From Minisyncoccia bacterium (lineage in GTDB: Bacteria > Patescibacteriota > Minisyncoccia > UBA6257), in contig JBNAWD010000038.1 in the NCBI GenBank assembly GCA_049699995.1, positions 1 through 54,184 on the forward strand: 54,184 nt of DNA, given 5' to 3'. The position numbers and the translations under genes are program-made. A model generated the notes under the pieces. That model ran no database searches. It was not told the DNA's origin and saw nothing but the letters and a program-made list of their open reading frames with translations. Of this stretch, positions 43,289 to 53,098 are shown piece after piece (position 1 is the first letter of the stretch; each line of letters starts with the position of its first letter).

Positions 43289-44175
43289 TTAAATAGCCAT
43301 TTCCTCCAAAGCTTTTATCCTTTCTTCAATTGGTGGATGAGTAGAAAAAAGATTCAAAAACCATTCCCCTTTTTTTCTTTTTCTGTAAGGATCAGATATA
43401 TATAAATGGGCAAAAGCGGGATAAAAACTTGAGTGTTTTTTGTGTCTAAAGATATCTTTTTAAAAGCGTTAATCAATCCTTGAGGATAGCGAGTTAAAAG
43501 CACAGCGGAGGCATCGGCTAAAAACTCTCTTTTCCGAGAAATCGCCAATTTTAATAAATAAGCGAAAAGATAAGCGAAAATAGCCACTAAAAATCCAATC
43601 AGGATAACGAAACCAGTATTTTCCCGCTTCCTATCTTCGGAATAAAAATCAAAACGAAAAATTAATCGAGATAAATAAGCAATACCGGAAACTAAAATTG
43701 CTATTACCGAGAGAAGCAAAATATCATTATTTTTAATGTGAGAAAACTCATGGGCAATTACTCCTTCTAATTCTAATTTATCTAATTTCTCAATGGCCCC
43801 TCGAGTCAAACAAATAACACTATTTTTAGGATTCCGACCAGTTGCGAAAGCATTAATAGAATCATCATCTAAAATATAAATTTTTGGTGTTGAAAGCCCA
43901 GCGGTAATGGCTAAATTTTCAACCAAATTATAAACTTCCGGATATTCTTCTTTTTTTAAAGGTTTTGCTTTAGAAAAAGATAAGATAAACTTATCACAAT
44001 ACCAATAGCTTAAAAAACCTTGGAAAAAAGAAAGAAAAAGGGCAAAATAAAAAATTTCTGGTAAGTTAAAAAAATAGGCAAAAAAAATTCCTAAAAGAAT
44101 AATAATAAAAGAAAACAAAAAAATAAAAAGCCATGTGCGAAAAATATTTTTTTCGACTTGTTGATAAACACTCAT
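43289..44175 (-). CDS. htpX: HtpX-family M48 zinc metalloprotease, reading frame broken at an A6 run (43436-43441)
   Basis: It has the [10 protein letters not shown] zinc motif. The track ORF ends at 43354 in ...[30 protein letters not shown]. The conserved HtpX C-terminus [43 protein letters not shown] is encoded in another frame that runs to the TAA at 43289-43291. Confidence 0.85.
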
Positions 44176-44184
44176 AATGAAGGT

Positions 44185-44796
44185 TTAAAATTCAACTTTC
44201 GGAACTTCTCTTTCCCTCTCCTCTTCAATCTCAAAAAGAGGTTCTTCTTTAAAACCAAAAATTTTAGCAAAAATACTATTGGGCAGAACTTTTAAGGAAA
44301 TATTATAATCTCTGACTGTGGAATTGTAAAACCTTCTCGAGGCTTGAATTTTGTCTTCGGTATTGACTAATTCTTTTTGAAGCTCCAAAAAATTCTGATT
44401 AGCTTTTAATTCCGGATAGTTTTCTGCCACAGCAAATAAAGTTTTTAAAGTTTGAGAGAGTTGATTATCTGCTTCTAATTTCTCCTTTTGGGAAGTAGAA
44501 GAAAGAACTCTTGCTCGAGATTCTGTAACTTTTTCAAAAACTTCCTTCTCGTGAGCCATATAACCTTTAACTGTTTCTACTAAATTAGGAATTAAATCGC
44601 ATCTTCTTTTCAATTGTACCTCAATATCAGCCCATGCTTCTTTCACTCTTAATTTTCTTTTTATAAACCCATTGTAAACTATAACTATGTAAATAAGGAA
44701 TACAAAAAGAAGAAAAATTAACAATCCCATGTTTTTTATTATTTTTAAAATTTTATCATTAAAATTAAAGAAAATCAATCTCTTCCCTTTTTTCAA
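44185..44796 (-). CDS. lemA: LemA family protein
   Basis: It has one TM segment, then [16 protein letters not shown]...[17 protein letters not shown]...[12 protein letters not shown]. It lies upstream of htpX, a common pairing. Confidence 0.9.
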   Translation of the reverse strand: MKKGKRLIFFNFNDKILKIIKNMGLLIFLLFVFLIYIVIVYNGFIKRKLRVKEAWADIEVQLKRRCDLIPNLVETVKGYMAHEKEVFEKVTESRARVLSSTSQKEKLEADNQLSQTLKTLFAVAENYPELKANQNFLELQKELVNTEDKIQASRRFYNSTVRDYNISLKVLPNSIFAKIFGFKEEPLFEIEEEREREVPKVEF

Positions 44797-44817
44797 AAAA
44801 ATGATAAAATAAAAACA

Positions 44818-46311
44818 ATGTCAAGAATATATTTATTTAATACTTTAACAAGAAAAAAAGAGATTTTTAAGCCCCTCAAAGACAAATTAGTCAGACTTTA
44901 TACTTGCGGGCCAACTGTTTATTCTTATACCCATATAGGTAATTTAAGAACCTTTCTTTTTGAAGACATCCTTAAAAGGGTTCTTCTTTTTAATGGTTAC
45001 AAAGTTGTTCATGTTTTAAATATTACGGATGTCGGGCATTTAGTTTCTGACGCCGATGAAGGAGAAGATAAAATTGAAAAAGCGGCAAAAAAAGAAAAAA
45101 AAGCCTCTCAAGAGATAGTAAAATTTTACACTCGCTATTTTTTCTCGGCTATTAAAAAACTTAACATCTTATCCCCTACTTATACCAAAAAAGCCTCGGA
45201 ATTCATTAAAGATTATGTTATTTTTATTAAAGAATTAGAAAAAGAAGGCTTTACATATCTTACTAGTGATGGCGTTTACTTTGACACCTCAAAGTTAAAA
45301 GATTATGGGAAGCTCACTGGCCAAACTTTTGAGGAATTAAATGAGAACTTAAAAGCTGGCGCTCGAATACCTTTTTCACCGGAAAAAAGAAATATCACTG
45401 ATTTCGCTTTATGGAAATTTTCGCCTAAAGACAAAAAAAGAGAAATGGAATGGGACTCTCCTTGGGGAAAAGGATTCCCAGGTTGGCATATAGAATGTGC
45501 CGTCATAAGTCTAAAATTATTGACAAGGGTCTTTCAAAAAAATAAATTAGATTTTAACCTATTTGAGCCAATTGATATTCATTGCGGAGGAATTGATCAT
45601 ATTCCAATTCATCATACTAATGAAATGGCGGAAATAGAAGCTTTATCAAAAAAACCATTTGCCCTATACTGGCTTCATTCAAATTTTTTGGTCTTAAAAG
45701 AAGAAAAAATGGCAAAATCCGAAGGAAATGTTCTTCTTCTCGAAGATCTTATGAAAAAAGGATATCCTCCTTTAGCTTTCCGTTATCTTACTTTAACTAC
45801 TCATTATCAAAGTCCTTTAGAATTTTCTTTTGAAGCTTTAGAAAGCGCTTATAACGCCTTAAAAAATCTTTATGAATTTGTAAAAAATTGCCTGTGGGAA
45901 CAACAATTCTTAAAAGAAAAAAGTAATAAAGCTTTTAGTATCAAAAAGTACAAACAAGAATTTCAGAAAGCAATCAATGATAATTTAAATACCCCTCAAG
46001 CTTTAGCTGTTTTATGGAATTTAATTTCTGAATATAATAAAATAAAGAAAGATAAAAATAAAATTCATCTTTTGAGCCCACGAGAAACCTATAAAACCCT
46101 CCTCTTATTTGATAGGATACTGGGGTTAGGTTTAGAAAAAGTAAAATTAGAAAAGATTCCTCAAAATATTAAAAAATTATTAGCCTTACGAGAAAAATAT
46201 AGGAAAAACAAAAACTGGGAACTAGCGGATAAAATCAGAGAAGAAATAAAATTAAAAGGTTATAATATAGAGGATACAATTTTTGGCCCGAAAATAATAA
46301 AAATAAAATAA
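44818..46311 (+). CDS. cysS: Cysteine--tRNA ligase
   Basis: The motifs are [15 protein letters not shown] and KMAKSEGN. Confidence 0.95.
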   Translation: MSRIYLFNTLTRKKEIFKPLKDKLVRLYTCGPTVYSYTHIGNLRTFLFEDILKRVLLFNGYKVVHVLNITDVGHLVSDADEGEDKIEKAAKKEKKASQEIVKFYTRYFFSAIKKLNILSPTYTKKASEFIKDYVIFIKELEKEGFTYLTSDGVYFDTSKLKDYGKLTGQTFEELNENLKAGARIPFSPEKRNITDFALWKFSPKDKKREMEWDSPWGKGFPGWHIECAVISLKLLTRVFQKNKLDFNLFEPIDIHCGGIDHIPIHHTNEMAEIEALSKKPFALYWLHSNFLVLKEEKMAKSEGNVLLLEDLMKKGYPPLAFRYLTLTTHYQSPLEFSFEALESAYNALKNLYEFVKNCLWEQQFLKEKSNKAFSIKKYKQEFQKAINDNLNTPQALAVLWNLISEYNKIKKDKNKIHLLSPRETYKTLLLFDRILGLGLEKVKLEKIPQNIKKLLALREKYRKNKNWELADKIREEIKLKGYNIEDTIFGPKIIKIK

Positions 46312-46313
46312 TA

Positions 46314-47705
46314 ATGGCAACGAACAATAATTTTTCCGAAAAACTTCCACCTCAAAATTTAGAGGCTGAAGAATCAGTTTTAGGCGCGTTGATAATTGAT
46401 AATGACGCAATCATTAAGGTAGCCGACATTTTATCCCCTCAGGATTTTTATAATCCTTTAAATGGTCATATTTATCAAGCCATCTTAAATTTATACGAAA
46501 AAAATATTCCGGTTGATATAGTTTCGCTCTCCAATAGGTTAAAAGAATTAAATCTTTTAGAAGAAATTGGAGGGGTAAGTTATTTAACCAATTTAGTCAA
46601 TAAAACTCCTTCCAGCGCCCATGTTGTTCATTACGCAAAAATAGTTCACCAAAAAAAGGTTTTAAGAGATTTAATCAATGCTTCTTATAAAATTGCTGAA
46701 TTAGGCTGGGAAGAAGCAGAAGATATCAATAATATTTTAGATCAAGCGGAACAGATCATTTTTTCAATTTCCCAAAAATCCATTACCCATGAATTTGTCC
46801 GATTGAAAGAAGAGTTAATTAAAGCCTTTGAAAGAATAGACCAATTGCACAAAGGAGGAGGAAGGATACGAGGAATTCCCACTGGTTTTGAAGATTTAGA
46901 CCATTATTTGGCTGGGCTTCAGAAATCAGACTTAATTATTTTAGGAGCAAGGCCATCCTTGGGTAAAACATCTTTAGCCCTAGATATTGCCCGCTATGCC
47001 GCTGTCAAAGAAAAAGTTCCTGTTGGTATTTTTTCTTTAGAGATGTCAAAGGATCAAGTTGTTGATCGTCTAATTGCCGCTGAATCTTCAGTCGATTTAT
47101 GGAAAATTAGAACTGGGCATTTATCAACCGAGGGTGAAATTAATGATTTTGTTTTAATCCAAGATGCTCTTTCCCGCTTGGCAGAAGCGCCGATTTTTAT
47201 AGATGATATGCCTTCGCCCACTGTTATGCAACTAAGAACAATGGCCAGAAGACTCCAATCAGAAGTTGGGTTAGGTTTATTAATAATTGATTATTTGCAG
47301 TTAATTAATCCAAGCACAACTAGAGAAAGCACCGTTCAACAATATTCAGAAATTTCTCGAGGGTTAAAAAGTTTGGCTCGAGAGTTAAATATTCCGGTAT
47401 TAACTATTTCTCAACTTTCTCGAGCGGTGGAGCAAAGAACTCCGCCCGTACCTCGTCTTTCTGATTTAAGAGAAACCGGAAGCATTGAGCAAGACGCAGA
47501 TGTCGTTTTATTTATTTATCGAGAAGATAAATATAAACAAGAAACAGAGAAAAAAAATATTGCTGATATCATTATCGCCAAACATAGAAATGGTCCTTTA
47601 GGGATAGTTTCCTTATACTTTAACGAACAATTAGCTAGCTTCAGGAATTTAGAGAAAGAAGAATTTTATAGTTTTGATGAAACAGAACCGCCATTAGAAG
47701 AGTAA
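46314..47705 (+). CDS. dnaB: Replicative DNA helicase
   Basis: The motifs are PPQNLEAEESVLGALI, Walker A GARPSLGKTS, IIDYLQL and SQLSRAVE. Confidence 0.96.
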   Translation: MATNNNFSEKLPPQNLEAEESVLGALIIDNDAIIKVADILSPQDFYNPLNGHIYQAILNLYEKNIPVDIVSLSNRLKELNLLEEIGGVSYLTNLVNKTPSSAHVVHYAKIVHQKKVLRDLINASYKIAELGWEEAEDINNILDQAEQIIFSISQKSITHEFVRLKEELIKAFERIDQLHKGGGRIRGIPTGFEDLDHYLAGLQKSDLIILGARPSLGKTSLALDIARYAAVKEKVPVGIFSLEMSKDQVVDRLIAAESSVDLWKIRTGHLSTEGEINDFVLIQDALSRLAEAPIFIDDMPSPTVMQLRTMARRLQSEVGLGLLIIDYLQLINPSTTRESTVQQYSEISRGLKSLARELNIPVLTISQLSRAVEQRTPPVPRLSDLRETGSIEQDADVVLFIYREDKYKQETEKKNIADIIIAKHRNGPLGIVSLYFNEQLASFRNLEKEEFYSFDETEPPLEE

Positions 47706-47713
47706 AAAATAAA

Positions 47714-48331
47714 ATGGAATTATCAAAAAATTTTAAAAAAATTACAGAAATTCTCTCTAGCCTTCCTGGATTAGGCCCTCGCCAGTCTTTAAGATTGGCT
47801 TTCTATTTATTAAAAAAAAATGAAAATTTCAAAAAAAGTTTTTTAGAAAACTTTTCTGAATTTTTCTCCAAAATTAAGCTTTGTCAGAAATGCTATTTCC
47901 CTTATGAACCAAAAATAGAAGAAGATAAATTATGCGAAATTTGCCGAGACAAAACTCGAGATCATTCGATCATTTGCGTTGTCGAAAAAGAAACCGATCT
48001 ATTAACAATTGAAAAAACTAAAAAATTTAAAGGAGTATATTTTATTTTGGGCGGTCTTTTAAAAGACCTTGATAAAAATAAAATTCGAGAATTAAGAATC
48101 AATACACTTATTCAAAGATTAAAAGAGGATAAACCTAAACCTAAAGAAGTAATTTTGGCTTTTAGCCCAACCTCTGAAGGAAATTTTACTAGTTATTATT
48201 TAGAAAAATTATTTAAAAATTCAAAAATCAACATTAAAATTAGCCGGCCAGCCACTGGCCTTCCTTTCGGCGGAGAAATTGAATTTGCTGATACTGAAAC
48301 TTTAATAAAAGCTTTGGAAGGAAGAAAATAA
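47714..48331 (+). CDS. recR: Recombination protein RecR
   Basis: It has [17 protein letters not shown], a C4 zinc finger (CQKC...CEIC) and a Toprim segment (ICVVEKETD). Confidence 0.92.
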   Translation: MELSKNFKKITEILSSLPGLGPRQSLRLAFYLLKKNENFKKSFLENFSEFFSKIKLCQKCYFPYEPKIEEDKLCEICRDKTRDHSIICVVEKETDLLTIEKTKKFKGVYFILGGLLKDLDKNKIRELRINTLIQRLKEDKPKPKEVILAFSPTSEGNFTSYYLEKLFKNSKINIKISRPATGLPFGGEIEFADTETLIKALEGRK

Positions 48332-48332
48332 A

Positions 48333-50309
48333 TTACAATAAACCAACAATCAAAATTGCAACAATCGAAATTAACTTTATCAAAATATTCAAAGAGGGTC
48401 CGGCTGTATCTTTAAAAGGATCACCCACTGTATCGCCGATAACTGCCGCTTTGTGAGGTTCGGATTTTTTCCCGCCAAAATTCCCTTCTTCAATGTATTT
48501 TTTAGCATTATCCCAAGCTCCACCAGAATTAGCCATTACTAAGGCTAAAAGAAAGCCAGAAGAAATTGACCCGATTAATAACCCACCTAAAGATTCTTTT
48601 CCCAAAAGAAAGCCAACAATCACTGGCGAAATAATTGCCAACAAAGAAGGCAAAATCATTTCTTTTAAGGCAGCACCGGTGACAATTTCCACACATTTGC
48701 CATATTCTGCTTTGGCCTTTCCTTCTTTTAGACCGACAATTTCTTTAAATTGTCTTCTCACTTCTTCAACCACTTTATAAGCCGCTTTCCCAACTGCCTC
48801 CATCGAAAAAGCGGAAAACAAAAATGGCAATAAAGCGCCTATAAAAATTCCAAGAAAAACTTTAACATCAGCTAAATTTAAAATTGATAAATTAGCAATT
48901 TGAAGATAGCTTACTAATAGAGCAAAAGCAGTTAAGGCAGCAGAACCAATGGCAAAACCTTTTCCCATAGCGGCAGTAGTATTGCCAACGGCATCTAGTT
49001 TTTCTGCTTCTTTTCTAATCTCTTCTCCTAATTCTGCCATCTGAGCAATACCAGCAGCATTATCAGCTACCGGACCATAACAATCAATCGCCAAACAAAT
49101 AGCCAAAGTGGAAAGCATTCCCACTCCAGCCAAAGCAATACCATAAACACCTAAAATGTAATAAGCGCCTAAAATCGCCAAAGTAATAACAATAACTGGT
49201 ATAAAAGTACTCTTCATACCCAAAGACAAGCCACTGATAATATTAGTCGCTGCTCCTGCCTGGCAAGATTCTGCCAATTTCTTTGTTGGTGAATAAGAAC
49301 TGGAAGTATAGTATTGGCTAATAAAACCAATAATAACCCCGGAGACTAATCCCAACAGAACCGAGATAGTGATTTTATATTGAGAAATGAAAATAAATTT
49401 ATCCAAAAGTAAAGTAAAGATAATCATTAAAATAGTGGAAAGATAAGTCCCTTCATTAAAAACTTTTTGGGCGTCTTTTTTCTTGGAAAAAGTGATCCAA
49501 AAAATTCCAAAAAGACTAGAGAGTAAACCGATTACTCCTAAAAAGAGGGGGATAAAAATTGGATTAGATAGCAATCCTTTTGTGGCACTTTTTAAAGTTA
49601 CTGTCACGCCTAAAACCATTGCCGCAATAATTGATTCAACATAACTTTCAAATAAATCCGCTCCCATGCCAGCAACATCGCCAACATTATCTCCAACATT
49701 ATCAGCAATTACCGCTGCGTTTCGAGGGTCATCTTCCGGAATATCAGATTCTACTTTTCCTACTAAATCAGCGCCGACATCAGCTGCTTTTGTGTAAATT
49801 CCTCCTCCCACTCGAGCGAATAAGGCGACGGCAGAAGCACCAAAACCAAAGCCGTAAATAATTTGGGGATCCTTAATCAAAAAGTATAAAATCGCAACAC
49901 CTAAAAGGCCTAAACTAACAACCATTAACCCCATCACGCTACCGGCCTGAAAAGCAATATTTAAACCTTTTTTGGTTGATTCTTCTAATCCTTCGGCTAC
50001 TCGAGCATTGGCAGAGGTAGCCACTCTCATTCCAACATTACCGGCTAAAATAGAGAAGAAAGCTCCCAAAAGAAAAGATAAAGCAGTCAATTTATTAATA
50101 AAAAAGAAAAGAAGAAGAAAAACTAAAAGGGTAAAAATAGCAATTATTTTGTATTCTTTCATCAAGAAAGCGGAAGCGCCTTCTTTGATTGCCAAATTTA
50201 TTTCTTTGACTCTTAAATTTTTAATTTCTTTCTTTAAAATTTTATAAGAAAAGAAAAACGAGGCGAGAAAACCTAAGAGAATTAAAATAGAAGTTAAATA
50301 GTAGGGCAT
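48333..50309 (-). CDS. hppA: Membrane-bound ion-translocating pyrophosphatase (K+-dependent subtype by motif)
   Basis: The motifs are [29 protein letters not shown] and [20 protein letters not shown] has Ala rather than Lys in the GNTT(A/K)A position, which marks K+-dependent enzymes. Confidence 0.93.
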   Translation of the reverse strand: MPYYLTSILILLGFLASFFFSYKILKKEIKNLRVKEINLAIKEGASAFLMKEYKIIAIFTLLVFLLLFFFINKLTALSFLLGAFFSILAGNVGMRVATSANARVAEGLEESTKKGLNIAFQAGSVMGLMVVSLGLLGVAILYFLIKDPQIIYGFGFGASAVALFARVGGGIYTKAADVGADLVGKVESDIPEDDPRNAAVIADNVGDNVGDVAGMGADLFESYVESIIAAMVLGVTVTLKSATKGLLSNPIFIPLFLGVIGLLSSLFGIFWITFSKKKDAQKVFNEGTYLSTILMIIFTLLLDKFIFISQYKITISVLLGLVSGVIIGFISQYYTSSSYSPTKKLAESCQAGAATNIISGLSLGMKSTFIPVIVITLAILGAYYILGVYGIALAGVGMLSTLAICLAIDCYGPVADNAAGIAQMAELGEEIRKEAEKLDAVGNTTAAMGKGFAIGSAALTAFALLVSYLQIANLSILNLADVKVFLGIFIGALLPFLFSAFSMEAVGKAAYKVVEEVRRQFKEIVGLKEGKAKAEYGKCVEIVTGAALKEMILPSLLAIISPVIVGFLLGKESLGGLLIGSISSGFLLALVMANSGGAWDNAKKYIEEGNFGGKKSEPHKAAVIGDTVGDPFKDTAGPSLNILIKLISIVAILIVGLL

Positions 50310-50382
50310 ATTTTTAAAATTATTTTTAAAAATTTTATTTTTGAATAAACAAAAATTATCTCAAAAAAAAGAAAAAGTCAAG

Positions 50383-50412
50383 AAAAACAGCCATCTTAAA
50401 GATGGCTGTTTT
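50383..50412 (-). terminator. Rho-independent terminator after groEL
   Basis: ACAGCCATC-TTAAA-GATGGCTGT (50387-50409) is followed on the minus strand by TTTTT. It lies 25 nt downstream of the groEL stop. Confidence 0.75.
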
Positions 50413-50433
50413 AAAGATTACAAAACCGATTCA

Positions 50434-52059
50434 TTAGTACTCTTCTGGTTCTTCTGGCAATGATTCATGTTGATGCTCTTTCTTTTCCGGTAAATCTGCC
50501 ACTACTACTCTTGTGGTTAAAAACATTGAAGCGACAGAAGAAGCATTTTCTAAAGCAGAACGAGTCACCTTTGTCGGATCAACAATACCCGCTTCTATCA
50601 TATTGACTATTTCCCCTGTCAAAGCGTTAAATCCTTCGTAGGTATTGAGCTGTTTCACTTTTTCTAAAATAACCGCCCCATCATAACCAGCATTTTCAGC
50701 AATTCTCTTTAACGGTTCCTCCAAAGCTCTCTTCATTATTTCAATTCCCACTTTTTCGTCTTCATTTTCTGCTTGAATTTTTTCTAAAGCTTTCAAAGCT
50801 CGAATTAAAGCCACACCACCACCTGGGACAATACCTTCTTCTAAAGCTGCCTTTGTGGCTCTTACTGCATCTTCCACTCGATGTTGTTTTTCTTTTTGCT
50901 CAACCTCTGTTGCCGCCCCAACTTTAATTACTGCTACACCACCGGATAATTTAGCTAATCTTTCCTCTAATTTTTCTTTATCAAACTCTGATTCCACCTT
51001 TGAAAGTTCAGTTTTAATTTGTTTAATCCTTTTCTCAATCATCTCTTTTGAACCAGCGCCTTCAACAATAGTTGTATTCTCTTTATCAATAACGACTCTT
51101 CTAGCTTGGCCTAAATCGTTCAATTCGGCTTTTTCTAATTTTAATCCGACTTCTTCGCTTATTACTCGGCCGCCGGTTAGAATAGCAATATCTTCTAATA
51201 AATCTTTTCTTCGATCACCAAAACCAGGAGCTTTTACCGCTACTACATTAAAGACTCCTCTTAATTTATTTAAAATTAAAGTGGCTAAAGCTTCACCAGT
51301 AACATCATCGGCAATAATCAAAATATCTTTTCTCCCGCCTTGTAAAATTTTATCCAGTAAAGGCAAAATATCATGAATACTGGAAATCTTCTGGTCGGTA
51401 ATAATGATATAAGGGTCCTCTAGGACTGCTTCCATCCTTTCAGTATTAGTTACCATATATGGAGAAATATATCCCCTATCAAATTGCAAACCCTTTACTG
51501 TTTCTTTAGATAATCCCAAGGTTTTTGATTCTTCAACAGTAATAATTCCATCTTTCCCTACTTCTTCAATAATAGAAGCAATCATTTCTCCGATTTCTTT
51601 GTCTTGGGAAGAAATAGTTGCCACATTGGCTATTTCTTCATATTTACTCACGCTTTGAGAAATATTTTTTAATTCTTCAATAACTGTTTTCTTCGCTTTT
51701 TCTATTCCTTTTTTTAATCCTAAAGGATTAGCGCCAGCGGCAACATTTTTTAAACCAGCGGTAATAATAGAATGAGCCAAAACAACAGCAGTTGTTGTTC
51801 CATCACCGGCAACATCATTAGTCTTTTCAGCTGCTTCTTTGATAATCTCTGCCCCAATATTTTCAATTTTATTCGGCAATTCAATCTCTTTAGCAATCGT
51901 TACTCCGTCATTAGTGATAACTGGGGTGCCAAAACCTCTATCTAAAATCACATTTAAACCTTTCGGTCCTAAAGTAATACTCACAGCTTTTGCCAACTTA
52001 TCAATTCCTTTTTTTAGTAATTGTTGGGCTTTGGCGTCGAAAAGTATTTGTTTGGCCAT
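50434..52059 (-). CDS. groL: Chaperonin GroEL
   Basis: It has AGDGTTTA and [12 protein letters not shown] and is 541 aa long. The C-terminus is acidic (PEEPEEY) rather than a GGM repeat. Confidence 0.98.
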   Translation of the reverse strand: MAKQILFDAKAQQLLKKGIDKLAKAVSITLGPKGLNVILDRGFGTPVITNDGVTIAKEIELPNKIENIGAEIIKEAAEKTNDVAGDGTTTAVVLAHSIITAGLKNVAAGANPLGLKKGIEKAKKTVIEELKNISQSVSKYEEIANVATISSQDKEIGEMIASIIEEVGKDGIITVEESKTLGLSKETVKGLQFDRGYISPYMVTNTERMEAVLEDPYIIITDQKISSIHDILPLLDKILQGGRKDILIIADDVTGEALATLILNKLRGVFNVVAVKAPGFGDRRKDLLEDIAILTGGRVISEEVGLKLEKAELNDLGQARRVVIDKENTTIVEGAGSKEMIEKRIKQIKTELSKVESEFDKEKLEERLAKLSGGVAVIKVGAATEVEQKEKQHRVEDAVRATKAALEEGIVPGGGVALIRALKALEKIQAENEDEKVGIEIMKRALEEPLKRIAENAGYDGAVILEKVKQLNTYEGFNALTGEIVNMIEAGIVDPTKVTRSALENASSVASMFLTTRVVVADLPEKKEHQHESLPEEPEEY

Positions 52060-52099
52060 ATTTTTTTATTTTTATTAAGTTATTTTCCAAGACCTTGAA

Positions 52100-52387
52100 T
52101 TATTCCAAAATAGCTAAAATATCATCTTCTCGAATAACCAAATATTCTTTTTCTTCAATTTTTATCTCAGTGGGAGCATATTTTGTAAATAAAACCTTAT
52201 CACCAACCTCTACTTCCATAGGAATAATTTTTCCCTCTTCATTCTTTTTTCCGGGACCAACCGCAATTACTTTTCCCATCATTGGTTTTTCTTCCGCATT
52301 ATCCGGAAGATAAATTCCAGATTTAGTAACTTTTTCTTCATTTATAGGTTCAACAAAGATATGATCAGATAAGGGTTTTATTTCCAT
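52100..52387 (-). CDS. groS: Co-chaperonin GroES
   Basis: The 95-aa protein has IKPLSDHIFVEP...GKVIAVGPG...GDKVLF. Confidence 0.97.
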   Translation of the reverse strand: MEIKPLSDHIFVEPINEEKVTKSGIYLPDNAEEKPMMGKVIAVGPGKKNEEGKIIPMEVEVGDKVLFTKYAPTEIKIEEKEYLVIREDDILAILE

Positions 52388-52417
52388 AGTTTTTATAAAT
52401 TATTATTTTTATTTTTA

Positions 52418-52444
52418 TTAGCAGACCAAATGACCAGTTGCTAA
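52418..52444. promoter_or_regulatory. Degenerate CIRCE-like inverted repeat upstream of groES
   Basis: TTAGCAGAC-N9-AGTTGCTAA compares with the CIRCE consensus TTAGCACTC-N9-GAGTGCTAA. By my count 13 of 18 arm positions match, and the spacing and placement just after the -10 box are correct. Confidence 0.45.
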
Positions 52445-52450
52445 TTTAAA

Positions 52451-52478
52451 ATTTTACTAATTAAAAAAAATTTGTCAA
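52451..52478 (-). promoter_or_regulatory. Sigma-70-type promoter of groES-groEL (TTGACA-16-TAAAAT)
   Basis: On the minus strand, TTGACA lies at 52478-52473 and TAAAAT at 52456-52451. Confidence 0.6.
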
Positions 52479-52481
52479 GAG

Positions 52482-52518
52482 AAAAACAGGGGCGATCCGC
52501 TCAAACGGATCGCCCCTG
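52482..52518 (-). terminator. Strong GC-rich Rho-independent terminator after the acidic small ORF
   Basis: CAGGGGCGATCCG-CTCAAA-CGGATCGCCCCTG forms a 13-bp stem, followed on the minus strand by TTTTT. Confidence 0.85.
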
Positions 52519-52531
52519 GATTAATGATTTA

Positions 52532-52714
52532 TTATTCTTCGTTTTCCTCTGTTTCTTCATCTAAATCTTCTTCTTCTTGATCTTCCTCAGAATCAACTTC
52601 TTCATCATCTTCATCTTCTTCTTCTAATTCTTCTTCTGCCCAGTCCTCATCTTCTAGTTCCTCTTCTGACATTAAAAGTTTTTTTATTTCTTCAGTAAAG
52701 GTTAAATGGCTCAT
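52532..52714 (-). CDS. 60-aa hyper-acidic protein (Glu/Asp-rich tail), function unknown
   Basis: The sequence is MSHLTFTEEIKKLLMSEEELEDEDWAEEELEEEDEDDEEVDSEEDQEEEDLDEETEENEE. It has its own TTGACA-16-TAATAT promoter and its own terminator. Confidence 0.6.
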   Translation of the reverse strand: MSHLTFTEEIKKLLMSEEELEDEDWAEEELEEEDEDDEEVDSEEDQEEEDLDEETEENEE

Positions 52715-52759
52715 AAATACAAATTATTATTTTTTCTCGACCATTTCTAGGTTTTAAAT

Positions 52760-52787
52760 ATATTACAAATTTTTAGATAAATGTCAA
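52760..52787 (-). promoter_or_regulatory. Sigma-70-type promoter of the acidic small ORF (TTGACA-16-TAATAT)
   Basis: On the minus strand, TTGACA lies at 52787-52782 and TAATAT at 52765-52760. Confidence 0.55.
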
Positions 52788-52809
52788 GCGCATATCAAAT
52801 TTATTAAAG

Positions 52810-52838
52810 TTGACAAAGTAAGTTTTATCTTTTATACT
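52810..52838 (+). promoter_or_regulatory. Sigma-70-type promoter (TTGACA-17-TATACT) driving a roughly 250-nt leader
   Basis: TTGACA lies at 52810-52815 and TATACT at 52833-52838. It is divergent from the acidic-ORF promoter, with 22 nt between the two -35 boxes. Confidence 0.55.
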
Positions 52839-52902
52839 TGTAATATGCTTTTAAAGCTCTTTTAAATTTTTTCTAATTTTCCATTATTACCCCTTTATTA
52901 AT

Positions 52903-52960
52903 CCCCTGCAAAAGCATTTTTCCTTCCGGACTTCCCTCCTTTCCTTTGCTTTTGCGGGGG
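52903..52960 (+). ncRNA. Structured leader element: 14-bp hairpin presenting a pyrimidine loop that copies the anti-Shine-Dalgarno sequence
   Basis: CCCCTGCAAAAGCA (52903-52916) pairs with TGCTTTTGCGGGGG (52947-52960) with one G-U wobble. The 30-nt loop TTTTTCCTTCCGGACTTCCCTCCTTTCCTT contains CCTCCTTT (52935-52942), the exact complement of AAAGGAGG at 52996-53003 and 53081-53088. Confidence 0.45.
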
Positions 52961-53098
52961 ATTGGATATAGATTTTAAAATTTATTTAAATTTTAAAAGG
53001 AGGTGAAAGTTTATTTTAATTTCACTTTAAATCCTTTTATTAGCTCTTTTAAAATTTAAAAATCAAAATTATTTCCAGCGAAAGGAGGAAAAATTATT

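Noticed and set aside
50434-50480. The GroEL C-terminus lacks the usual Gly-Gly-Met repeats and ends in PEEPEEY.
   Set aside because: It is real in the sequence, but C-terminal tails of GroEL vary widely. I did not consider it noteworthy on its own.
50855-52313. Plus-strand ORFs opposite groEL and groES (50855-51376, 51839-52078, 51990-52313), and others opposite hppA, leuS, gatB, nusG, rplK, cysS and rnhB.
   Set aside because: They lie antisense to unambiguous housekeeping genes.
52996-53030. A short leader peptide after the first AAAGGAGG. The candidates were an ATT start at 53013 giving a 5-codon ORF, or a GTG at 53003.
   Set aside because: The GTG overlaps the end of the SD with no spacer, and the ATT-initiated 5-codon frame is too speculative without conservation data.
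52788-53098. A tRNA or other known small RNA gene in the largest intergenic region.
   Set aside because: I could not fold a cloverleaf or find the conserved T-loop or D-loop motifs. I interpreted the region as a promoter plus a structured leader.
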